This document shows, piece after piece, positions 54,408-62,971 of a stretch of 64,000 nt of DNA. This DNA comes from an uncultured Clostridia bacterium. GTDB taxonomy: Bacteria; Bacillota; Clostridia; Christensenellales; CAMQZB01. The translations under genes and the position numbers were made by a program. The first letter of the stretch is position 1. Each line of letters begins with the position of its first letter. The stretch lies in contig CAZIPL010000001.1 of assembly GCA_964541255.1 (NCBI GenBank), forward strand, positions 2,432-66,431, given 5' to 3'. The notes beneath the pieces were generated by a model that ran no database searches, had not been told where the DNA came from, and saw nothing but the letters and a program-made list of their open reading frames with translations.

Positions 54408-54463
54408 CCTCCTTTGTGTAAAGGGAGGGTGTCACGGCGTTATGCGCCGTGACGGAGGGATTG
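54408..54463 (+). repeat. Copy C of the two-hairpin element with GACGGAGGGATTG tail
   Basis: cctccttt/aaagg(g)agg stem, then the perfect 9-bp stem gtcacggcg/cgccgtgac, then GGAGGGATTG. Confidence 0.75.
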
Positions 54464-54547
54464 CTACTTCTGTTAATGCTTTGTTCCTTGCTTCAATGAA
54501 TGTAAAAAATCAAGAATAATATTTTAATAAAAAAGAGAGTATAAAAT

Positions 54548-55186
54548 ATGCAAGACAATTACTTCAAGCGTCTTTGGACGCTCATAATAACGTTTTTCAA
54601 AATAGGTATTTTGACGTTTGGCGGCGGATACGTCATGCTTGCTATAATAAGAGACGAGTTTGTCGAAAAACGCAACTGGCTTTCCGACGACGAGCTTTTG
54701 CAAGTGTATGCAATAGCGGAATCGACTCCCGGCCCCGTTGCGATAAACGCGGCGACCTATATAGGCAACAAGGCATGCGGCACGGTAGGAGCTATCTTAG
54801 CGACTGTTTTCGAGGTTATGCCGGCTTTTGTTATCACCTTTGTCATAGCTACGTACCTAAATCACATAATGGACTATCCCGTCGTTCAAAACGCGTTCAA
54901 GGGAATAAAAGCGGGTGTTGCCATTCTCATTTTGTATGCGGGCGTAGATATGTTCAGAAAGATGGAGAAAAGCCCTTTCAACTTGACCGTTGCGATAATA
55001 TCCTTTGTGTTGATGGCTGTCATCGACGTCTTTGCGATAGATTTTTCTTCGATATGGATCATTCTTTTCTTCGGAGTACTTTCGCTTGTGATATTCTCCG
55101 TCAAAAACCATAAAGAAAAAGCTGCCGAAAAGATTTCCGAAACGGCAGATAAGAACGAAAACACCGAAAAGGAGGATAGGGAATAA
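54548..55186 (+). CDS. chrA: Chromate-transporter (CHR) family protein, short form, subunit 1
   Basis: FFKIGILTFGGGYVML, ESTPGPVAINAATYIG. Confidence 0.85.
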   Translation: MQDNYFKRLWTLIITFFKIGILTFGGGYVMLAIIRDEFVEKRNWLSDDELLQVYAIAESTPGPVAINAATYIGNKACGTVGAILATVFEVMPAFVITFVIATYLNHIMDYPVVQNAFKGIKAGVAILILYAGVDMFRKMEKSPFNLTVAIISFVLMAVIDVFAIDFSSIWIILFFGVLSLVIFSVKNHKEKAAEKISETADKNENTEKEDRE

Positions 55187-55764
55187 TGAATATCTACCTC
55201 AAGCTTTTCTGGGTATTTTTGAAAATCGGCACATTCGCGTTCGGCGGCGGCTACGGAATGATCCCCGTCATGAAACAGGAAGTAGTAAATCAAGGCTGGC
55301 TTACCGAAGACGCGTTCCTCGATATAGTCGGACTTTCCGAATCGACTCCGGGACCTATTGCGGTCAATATGGCAACGTATGTCGGAACGACTATGGCTGG
55401 CTTTTGGGGCGGACTTATCGCAACGATAGGAGCAATACTCCCCGCGTTTTTGATAATATACTTCATTGCGAAAATCATGCAAAAGTTTGCCGATAATAAG
55501 TATATCGCTTCCTTTTTGGCAGGCGTAAAACCGGTAGTAGTAGGCTTTATCGTCGCAGTCGGAATAACGATGATTTTGAAAAACCTCAAGGTAATATCCG
55601 GCGGTACGTTCACGATTCCCGACTTTGACGTAAGAGCGCTCATTATCTCTGCAATAGTTGCGTGCATAGCGATAATCCCGAAAGAGGCTTTCAATAAAAA
55701 AGTCCCGACGGTTGTGACTATATTGATTTCTGCGGCACTCGGAATAGTTGTATACGCGATATAA
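55186..55764 (+). CDS. chrA: Chromate-transporter (CHR) family protein, short form, subunit 2
   Basis: FLKIGTFAFGGGYGMIP, ESTPGPIAVNMATYVG. TAATG stop/start overlap with subunit 1. Confidence 0.85.
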   Translation: MNIYLKLFWVFLKIGTFAFGGGYGMIPVMKQEVVNQGWLTEDAFLDIVGLSESTPGPIAVNMATYVGTTMAGFWGGLIATIGAILPAFLIIYFIAKIMQKFADNKYIASFLAGVKPVVVGFIVAVGITMILKNLKVISGGTFTIPDFDVRALIISAIVACIAIIPKEAFNKKVPTVVTILISAALGIVVYAI

Positions 55765-55876
55765 AAGCAAAAAACGATAGAATTGTACCCGATTTGTTTG
55801 TTAAAATCGACATACGCGTTCAATAATAGTGGATTTTACCGATGTGATTATTTGCTGTTAAGTTGAATTAAGCAAA

Positions 55877-55908
55877 AACATCTCGAAATACTTCGAGGTG
55901 TTTTTTTT
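55877..55908 (+). terminator. Intrinsic terminator after the chrA pair
   Basis: aacatctcgaa / ttcgaggtgtt stem + tttttt. Confidence 0.8.
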
Positions 55909-56052
55909 GTATATAAGTAGATTATAACTCTTGTTTTAATGAATATAAGCTTTTTAATCTATAGCAAAGCAATTGCGTCGAGTTTTATAATCGCTTTTTA
56001 AAAATTGTTAAAAACGAACTATTAAGGCAAAAACAATTGATAGAAAGCCACT

Positions 56053-56086
56053 AAAAAAGCCGTCTTACCTTTGCGATAAGACGGCC
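56053..56086 (-). terminator. Intrinsic terminator after the response-regulator gene
   Basis: gccgtctta / taagacggc stem with the T-run on the minus strand. Confidence 0.8.
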
Positions 56087-56101
56087 AATATGCGTTTTTG
56101 A

Positions 56102-57607
56102 TTATCCTTTCCTAAACTGAGACGGTGTAACGCCCTCGATCTTTAAGAACTTTGCGATGAAGTAGTTTGGGTCGTTAAATCCGATTTCGTTCGCGATTTC
56201 ATAAACCTTTTTGTTTGTTGTCTTGAGGAGAACTTTGGATTTTTCGATACGGAGCGTTGTCAAATATTCGTTGAATAGGGTGCCTGTTTGTTTTTTGAAA
56301 ACTCTTCCCAAGTATATCGGATTGATATAAAACTTTTGCGCCAAAGATTTGAGCGTGATATTGTCGGTGAAGTTGTTGTTGACGTAGCTTATTATCGCAG
56401 TCAAAGTTTCGTTCTGCATTTGAGAATTATACTCCGTCATTTTGTCGAATAAGCTAAGAACATATTCGACGTAACGCTTTTTGTTGGAGAGAATTCCGCC
56501 GTTTTCCGACAGAGCTTCCGCTTGTTCGAGAAGGTCGTTGACGGTGAGATTATCTACCGAAACGAAGCTTGAGATGTTGACGATAAAGGTATTGAATATC
56601 GTCTTAAAGCCTGAAAGCGAAATGTTTAGAGCAACCGCTCTGTCGAGGGCTTCTTCCAATGCTTTTTGAAGCTCTTCTTTCGAAAATGACTCGAAAGAAG
56701 AGGATATTTCCGTAAACATATCGTTAAGTTCTTTAAAGTCTTTTGCGAATAAGTTGCCCTGATATTTTGTCGGCGTTCCGATGATTCCTGCAAGCTCTTT
56801 AGAGAATTCCTTGCCGCCGTCGAAAATATCCGTGCAAGTCATATTGAGGAAAACGGAAAGCTCGCTGTCTGCGCGCTTGTCGAACTCGTTCCAAAGCGAT
56901 AACGCCTTTTCCTTGTCGATGTCGCCCCACAAAACGGAGAGCATTTTGTCGCCGAACGCCTTGAAGCATTTACAAGAAAGAGCGGGGGAGAATACACTTT
57001 CAAAAAGCGAACTGAGCTTTTCGAAATCGCCGTCGAGCTCTTCTTCCGAAAGCTCGATTTCTCTGTTTTCTTTATAGGTTATTTCGGAGAAAAGCAACAT
57101 CATCTGCTCGCTTTCAGCGCCTAACAGCGAAAGAAACGAGTTGATTGCTTTTTTTGTTTTGTCTCCCGAAAGTATCTTATAAAGCGCTCCGTCAAGAACG
57201 GCGTTCTTTTCGAATGTTTGTTGCGAGTTGGCTTCGATTTCGCCGATAAGCTCGTCTAATTTGTCGTTGAGTTCGTCCTCGTCGACGGGCTTGAGAAGAT
57301 ATGCCTTAACGCCGTGCGACATTGCGGTCTGCGCGTAAGTAAAGGTAGAGTATCCGCTCAAAATAATCATCATAGGATTATAGTTCTCTATTTTCTTAAT
57401 CTCGGCGATCATCTCCAATCCCGACATTTGCGGCATCGAAATATCGCTTATGATAATATCGGGACGCTCGTTTTTGATAATCTCGAGAGCCTCGATCGCG
57501 TTCGTCGAGGTAAGCATCTCCGAGATATGGTTTCTTTCGGTATCGATAAGAATTTTAAGCCCCTCGATAGCGTTGATTTCGTCGTCTACGATAATGATTT
57601 TATACAT
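56102..57607 (-). CDS. Two-component response regulator, receiver + AraC-type HTH (YesN-like)
   Basis: MYKIIIVDDE, DIIISDISMPQMSG, C-terminal AraC HTH YLGRVFKKQTG...NDPNYF. Confidence 0.85.
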   Translation of the reverse strand: MYKIIIVDDEINAIEGLKILIDTERNHISEMLTSTNAIEALEIIKNERPDIIISDISMPQMSGLEMIAEIKKIENYNPMMIILSGYSTFTYAQTAMSHGVKAYLLKPVDEDELNDKLDELIGEIEANSQQTFEKNAVLDGALYKILSGDKTKKAINSFLSLLGAESEQMMLLFSEITYKENREIELSEEELDGDFEKLSSLFESVFSPALSCKCFKAFGDKMLSVLWGDIDKEKALSLWNEFDKRADSELSVFLNMTCTDIFDGGKEFSKELAGIIGTPTKYQGNLFAKDFKELNDMFTEISSSFESFSKEELQKALEEALDRAVALNISLSGFKTIFNTFIVNISSFVSVDNLTVNDLLEQAEALSENGGILSNKKRYVEYVLSLFDKMTEYNSQMQNETLTAIISYVNNNFTDNITLKSLAQKFYINPIYLGRVFKKQTGTLFNEYLTTLRIEKSKVLLKTTNKKVYEIANEIGFNDPNYFIAKFLKIEGVTPSQFRKG

Positions 57608-57619
57608 AAGTTCACCTCT

Positions 57620-59413
57620 TTATTGGTTGTTTTCGTTATCTTTCTCGGCTTTTCTGTCCGTATGAACGGGGAGAACGAGCGTAAACGTAACGTTTTCGTC
57701 GTCGCTTGTTATGTCAAAGCCGAAGTTGTCATAATAATATCTTAATCTCGCGAATGTGTTTTTAAGACCGACCGATTTCGTGTCAACGTTGAAGTTGCCG
57801 TGATAATACCCCAAAATCATCTGTTTTTTCTCTTCGGAGAAATCGACCTTAGGATTTGTTATCGAGAATTCGAAATGCTCTTCGTCCGTTTTTTTGACGT
57901 TGATTGAAATAGTTCCTTTGCCGATGACGTTTTGAACGCCGTGTACGCAAGCGTTTTCGACAAACGGCTGTAAGCACATTTTGGGGATCTCGCAAAGATT
58001 TGCGTCCTCCGAGATGTTGATTTCGTAATTAAGCTTGTCTTCGAAACGGTATTTTTCGATTGCGAGATACTCTTTTATGAAGTTAAGCTCTTCGGAAAGG
58101 GAGATTACGTCTTCGTTCCATGTGATAGACTGACGCATGATTTTCGAAACGTAAAGTATGATCTTCGCCGTTTCTTTTTCACCCTTAATAATCGATTTAA
58201 GCCTTATTGCGTTAAGTACGTTGAATAGGTAATGGGGGTTGATTTGCGAAAGCAAGGAATTAAGCTCCGACTGCTTGCGGCGGATCTCCGCCTGATTCTT
58301 CTCCATTTCGAGGTCGTAACTTTCCTTGATGAGCGCATGGATTTTTTGAGACATCTCTTCCATAGTCTCTTCGACTATCGCAAGCTCGTTGCTCGGCTTT
58401 TTCTTATGCTTTTTCGGCTTGTCGTCCTTGTTGTCGTTGTTTATGTATTCGTTGATGTCGATTGCCGAAACTATGCTTTCGATCTTCTTGATGTAGTTTC
58501 TTTGCATGTATTGCATGAAAAGAAGTGATGCAAACAGCGTTACCAAAAGGGGAAGGATTGTCGAAAGAATAATGTCTTTCGTCAAAAAGTCCATCTTTTT
58601 CATAACGACGATGAATCGAATCGTTCCGTAATAATCAATGTTTTGCGAAAAAACGAGCGAAAGATCGTCGCCTATTTTGTCGCTTTCTAAAAGCGCGTAG
58701 TCTTTAACGGAAAGAGAGGGCGTATAGCCGTTATTCCAAGTATAAATCGGCGTCGAAGTGTCGCCGAAAAGATATGCCGTGCAAGGTATTTCGGTTTCTA
58801 AAAGCGCGGAATCGATGCTTTCGATGTCGATGTCGATTTTGATGATATGATCATATGTCGCCATACCGCTGTAATCGAGCTTTCTGATTATCGAGGCGTA
58901 GCGCGTTTCTTCGTCGAAGAAAACGAAAACGTCCTTGCCCGCTTCCTGATATGCCTTATACCAATTCGCGTCGATGACTTTGTTGGAATCTATTCTCGAA
59001 AGGCAGTCCGTCGAACCGTAAACCGTCGGGTTAGTGGTATAAATTATCGGCGTTTTGATGTCGGAAGTTCTGCTTTGCGCGGCGTAAAAGTCGATAAGCT
59101 TTTTGACGTCGTAATAAGAATACTTGTCATAAAAGTCCGTCGCGTCGGTGAACTTTTCGTTCAAGAAACGGTTGATGTCGTAATCGTTATAAATAACCGA
59201 AGCAAAATCGAACGCAAAATCGAAGTTCGAATAAAGCGTTTCGGGAATGTCTGCTACCATATAACGACGAGTCGTCGTATATTCCTGTTGCTTGCTGTTA
59301 TATTGAGCCGTTGCCAAAATAAGACTTAGTAGGAGAATGGGCAAAAGAACGAACACAACGAACGTTATGACGAATCTTTTTCTAAGCGGCATGTTGTCTC
59401 TTATCGAAGCCAT
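57620..59413 (-). CDS. Sensor histidine kinase, YesM/LytS-type (His_kinase + HATPase_c) with N-terminal sensing domain between two TMs
   Basis: RBS aggag; QINPHYLFNVLNAI H-box; N-terminal TM VITFVVFVLLPILLLSLIL. Confidence 0.85.
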   Translation of the reverse strand: MASIRDNMPLRKRFVITFVVFVLLPILLLSLILATAQYNSKQQEYTTTRRYMVADIPETLYSNFDFAFDFASVIYNDYDINRFLNEKFTDATDFYDKYSYYDVKKLIDFYAAQSRTSDIKTPIIYTTNPTVYGSTDCLSRIDSNKVIDANWYKAYQEAGKDVFVFFDEETRYASIIRKLDYSGMATYDHIIKIDIDIESIDSALLETEIPCTAYLFGDTSTPIYTWNNGYTPSLSVKDYALLESDKIGDDLSLVFSQNIDYYGTIRFIVVMKKMDFLTKDIILSTILPLLVTLFASLLFMQYMQRNYIKKIESIVSAIDINEYINNDNKDDKPKKHKKKPSNELAIVEETMEEMSQKIHALIKESYDLEMEKNQAEIRRKQSELNSLLSQINPHYLFNVLNAIRLKSIIKGEKETAKIILYVSKIMRQSITWNEDVISLSEELNFIKEYLAIEKYRFEDKLNYEINISEDANLCEIPKMCLQPFVENACVHGVQNVIGKGTISINVKKTDEEHFEFSITNPKVDFSEEKKQMILGYYHGNFNVDTKSVGLKNTFARLRYYYDNFGFDITSDDENVTFTLVLPVHTDRKAEKDNENNQ

Positions 59414-59725
59414 TAAAAATCTCCTAAAACAATATATAGCAAATACATTTTAACATTATTTTTCCGTTTTGTAAACACATTTTCAAACGATAATTTCTAT
59501 TGTAGTAAGTATGTTTTCGAGCTATAACGATGCAGTAAACAAAAAAGACGTCAACGAGGTACTTTTTAAGGCTGTCAACGGATAAGAAAGTTAATTCGAT
59601 TACGATTACGGTTTTGTTATTTTATATATTAACAAATAAAAACAAATCTTCGTATTGACATCGATAAGGCTTTCATATAAAATTATGTTGAAAGAATAAA
59701 AAAACGAAAGAAAAGGTGCGCAAAA

Positions 59726-61204
59726 ATGTTGAAAAATGACAAGAGTTTCTCGATAAAAGACGTCTTTAACGTAAGACCTCTTGTCGTTGCGGCGATTTGC
59801 CAGATAGCAGGCATAATAACGATGAAAAACGAGTGTCATATATTTGCCGCTATTGTTTTTGTGCTGTTATTCGTTTTCACGTTTGCGATTTTCAAAAACG
59901 ATAAAGAAAAGAGACTTCTATTCGGAATAATGACCGCATTTTTCGCAATAGGATTTATTTCGGCTTTGATTTTAAGTCTAAGGTATGAAGCGGGTGAAGA
60001 AACTCTCGACGGATTGTTTACGGGACACGTAGCGAAAATCGAATATAACGGCTACGTATATTGCAAAAACGTATTTTTAGACGGGGAATATGTCGGAAAC
60101 ATCGTTTTCAAAACCTACGATTATGTCAACGTCGGAGAAGATATATCCTTTGTTTGCGAAGCGAAAAAGCGCGATATTTTCGGATATTACGGCGTGTCCT
60201 CGAAAATGTTGCAATTCTTTGCAAAATATGAAGCAACGGGAGTAGAGGTAATAGAGGTTTTCGATTATTCTCCCGCCTTTGACGAAAAGGTCAGAATCTT
60301 TTTCAAAAACGAGCTTTTCAAGAATATGTCTTATGACGGAGCGGCGTTATCTTTTGCAATGACCTTTGGCGATACTTCCTATCTTGACGAAGACCTTCTC
60401 GATATTATGCGTACTACGGGAGTAGCCCATATCTTTGCCGTGTCGGGACTCCACGTCGGAGTTTTATATTCGATTTTTAACAGACTTATCAAGAACAACT
60501 ATCGTTACTTCCGCCTTGTCGCAGTTCCGATAGTGCTTTTCGGATACGCGTATATTTGCGGCAATTCGCCGTCGTCGCTAAGGGCCGCGACGATGTTCAC
60601 CGTTATGAATATCGCAAGCTGCTTCTTTTTGCCGAGTGACAGCATAAATTCCGTCGCGATAGCGGCTATCGTTGTTTTTCTCATATCGCCCTTTTCGGTA
60701 TATTCCGAGGGCTGTACGCTGTCGTTTGCGGTAGTTCTTTCTCTTATTGTTTTCAAAAACTTCTTCAAGGATTTATTCAAGATTAAAAGCGAAAACAACT
60801 TCTTGTCAACGATTAACACCGCTGTTGTCGCAAGCATAGGCTCGCTACCGTTGATGTCTCATTATTTCGAAAGCTTTTCGCTTGTTGCAGTTCCGATAAA
60901 CGTAATAATCGTGCCTCTTGTCGGGTTTATCTATACCTTGACCTTTTTCCTCGTTCCGATAGGCGGAGTTCTTAACGTAAATCTTCTTCGGGTGTCGGAT
61001 TTATTGCTGTATTTCGTAGAGTTTATTTGCGCGCTCTTTTATCGCTTCGGGATAGTAGTCAATGTTAAGATGAGTACGTTTTCCGTCGCGGTATATTATC
61101 TTATAATGCTCTTTTTGTCGGAATACTGTTTTCTGCACAAGAAGAAAAAAGCCGCGATAATACTTTGCCTTTTTGTCGCTTTAACAGTTTCTTTTTACGT
61201 CTAA
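59726..61204 (+). CDS. comEC: ComEC/Rec2-family DNA internalisation channel protein, short form lacking the C-terminal metallo-beta-lactamase domain
   Basis: GVAHIFAVSGLHVGVL competence-domain motif; polytopic; 492 aa. Followed by holA, as in the comEC-holA synteny of Firmicutes. Confidence 0.7.
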   Translation: MLKNDKSFSIKDVFNVRPLVVAAICQIAGIITMKNECHIFAAIVFVLLFVFTFAIFKNDKEKRLLFGIMTAFFAIGFISALILSLRYEAGEETLDGLFTGHVAKIEYNGYVYCKNVFLDGEYVGNIVFKTYDYVNVGEDISFVCEAKKRDIFGYYGVSSKMLQFFAKYEATGVEVIEVFDYSPAFDEKVRIFFKNELFKNMSYDGAALSFAMTFGDTSYLDEDLLDIMRTTGVAHIFAVSGLHVGVLYSIFNRLIKNNYRYFRLVAVPIVLFGYAYICGNSPSSLRAATMFTVMNIASCFFLPSDSINSVAIAAIVVFLISPFSVYSEGCTLSFAVVLSLIVFKNFFKDLFKIKSENNFLSTINTAVVASIGSLPLMSHYFESFSLVAVPINVIIVPLVGFIYTLTFFLVPIGGVLNVNLLRVSDLLLYFVEFICALFYRFGIVVNVKMSTFSVAVYYLIMLFLSEYCFLHKKKKAAIILCLFVALTVSFYV

Positions 61205-61344
61205 TGCTTTTTCGATAAAAAACGAAGAGATTTTTCTTGCCTAAAAAAAGAAAAACCGCGGCAATTATGTTAAAGCAATGAGTTTTTCCGTTCGATAATA
61301 AAAAATTATTGCAAAAACCTTGAAAGAATGATATACTTTATGAT

Positions 61345-62364
61345 ATGAAAAGCGCTGAATTTATCAAGAAAATAACAAGCTCCGATCTTCCGCCGTGCAT
61401 ATTGCTTCTCGGCGAAGATTTATATTTTGTTGACGGCGCGTTAAAAAAAATAAAATCCGTTTCGGGCTTAGTCGACGAAACGCTCGATTTTTCGAAATAC
61501 GACGAAGAAAATATCGACGGATTCTTGCAATCTCTCGATATGTTCCCGTTTTTATCCCAAAAAAGAGTCTCGGTTCTTTCTGTAGAAAAAATCGAGCAAA
61601 AAAAGAAAACGTCGGATGAAAAGAGGCTTTCGGAGGACGATCCCGAAGCGTTCAAGAATAAGCAGCACGAAAAGATGCTGAAATCTCTCAAAAAATATGC
61701 CGAATCGCCGAATTTATCTACCGTGGCGGTTGTTTGTATCAAGGGCGGAATAACGGGTATCGACGGATTTGAGACGGTCGATTGCGGCAAAGAAAGCTTG
61801 CAAAACATAGTCAAATGGATTGTTCTTTCGCTCAAAAAGAAAGGCTTGACAATTTCCGATAAGCTTGCGGAAACCGTTGCCACAAGATGCAACCTCGATA
61901 TGAAAAGCGTAAAAAACTGCACGGACATTTTGGCGGCATATAAGGGAAGCGGCGAGCTTACTCAAGAGAATATAGATAATCTTGTCGCAGACGAAGCCGA
62001 AGCTCAGGTTTTCGACCTTGTCAATGCGATAGTAGATAAAAACACCCAAAAAGCCTTTTCGCTTATCGAAAAAATCAAAGCTCAAAAGATTGCCGGAACT
62101 GCTTTTGCCGCGATGCTATATAACAACTATCGCAGAATGTTCTTATCGTGCGTATCGACCTCGTCAGACGACGAGCTTGCAAAGGAGCTTAACGTAAAGC
62201 CTTACGCGATAAAGAAAGCGAGGGAACTCGGGAAGAAATATTCGCCGAGGCGCTTGAAAGATGCCATGGAATATTTGGCAGGCGTCGATGCGAAAATAAA
62301 AAACGGAAAGATAGCAGATGCGGATACGATAGAGAACTGCGTTTTCCACTTAGCGAACATATAG
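61345..62364 (+). CDS. holA: DNA polymerase III subunit delta
   Basis: 339 aa. N-terminus LPPCILLLGEDLYFVDGAL, later FDLVNAIVDKNTQKAFSLIE. Position after comEC. Confidence 0.75.
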   Translation: MKSAEFIKKITSSDLPPCILLLGEDLYFVDGALKKIKSVSGLVDETLDFSKYDEENIDGFLQSLDMFPFLSQKRVSVLSVEKIEQKKKTSDEKRLSEDDPEAFKNKQHEKMLKSLKKYAESPNLSTVAVVCIKGGITGIDGFETVDCGKESLQNIVKWIVLSLKKKGLTISDKLAETVATRCNLDMKSVKNCTDILAAYKGSGELTQENIDNLVADEAEAQVFDLVNAIVDKNTQKAFSLIEKIKAQKIAGTAFAAMLYNNYRRMFLSCVSTSSDDELAKELNVKPYAIKKARELGKKYSPRRLKDAMEYLAGVDAKIKNGKIADADTIENCVFHLANI

Positions 62365-62375
62365 GGAAATAACTT

Positions 62376-62960
62376 ATGCAAATGCCTACAAGAAAAGATA
62401 ACAACGTAATAACGCCTTTTTCCGAAAACAAGTCGGTTTGGGTGAATATTTTATATGTAATCAGCTTTTTCGCTCTCAATTGGTATTCCTCAAGGGGACA
62501 ATTGGAGCTTACGGAATATATGGCAGCCGAATTCGGATACACCTTTTCTATGTCAACGGGGATGGGCGGCTATATAATGACGCTTATAATAAGCGGCTTG
62601 ATGTCGTGCCTTGTTGCCGAAGTCATGATGAAGCTTTATTATTTCTTCGCGTATAGATATATGCGCGGACTTATGCCCTTTTCGGTGATCGAGTTCAAAC
62701 GCAATTTCCGTCCGTTTTTGATAATAAGAAACCTCATTGTCGGAATACTTTCACTTTTGTGTCTGACGGAAAACGGATATTTTATCATATTCGGACTTAA
62801 TCTATTCGAAATGCTCGCCACGATGATAGTGATTTTCCCGTTCTATTTCTTCATGAAAAAACACTATATCAAAGAGGGCTACGGCGGAAGAGTGCTGGTG
62901 TCTTTTGCGATACCGTTCGTGCTTTTCAATTTGATAACGTATATATCGCTTTTGGCGTAA
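62376..62960 (+). CDS. Membrane protein of unknown function (~5 TM)
   Basis: 194 aa of hydrophobic helices; 11-nt gaps to both neighbours. Confidence 0.5.
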   Translation: MQMPTRKDNNVITPFSENKSVWVNILYVISFFALNWYSSRGQLELTEYMAAEFGYTFSMSTGMGGYIMTLIISGLMSCLVAEVMMKLYYFFAYRYMRGLMPFSVIEFKRNFRPFLIIRNLIVGILSLLCLTENGYFIIFGLNLFEMLATMIVIFPFYFFMKKHYIKEGYGGRVLVSFAIPFVLFNLITYISLLA

Positions 62961-62971
62961 GGAGGATGAAT

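Noticed and set aside
54574-55113. 179-aa alternative-frame ORF inside chrA subunit 1
   Set aside because: It is an R/C-rich out-of-frame product, whereas the in-frame CHR-family motifs (GGGY, ESTPGP) identify the real frame.
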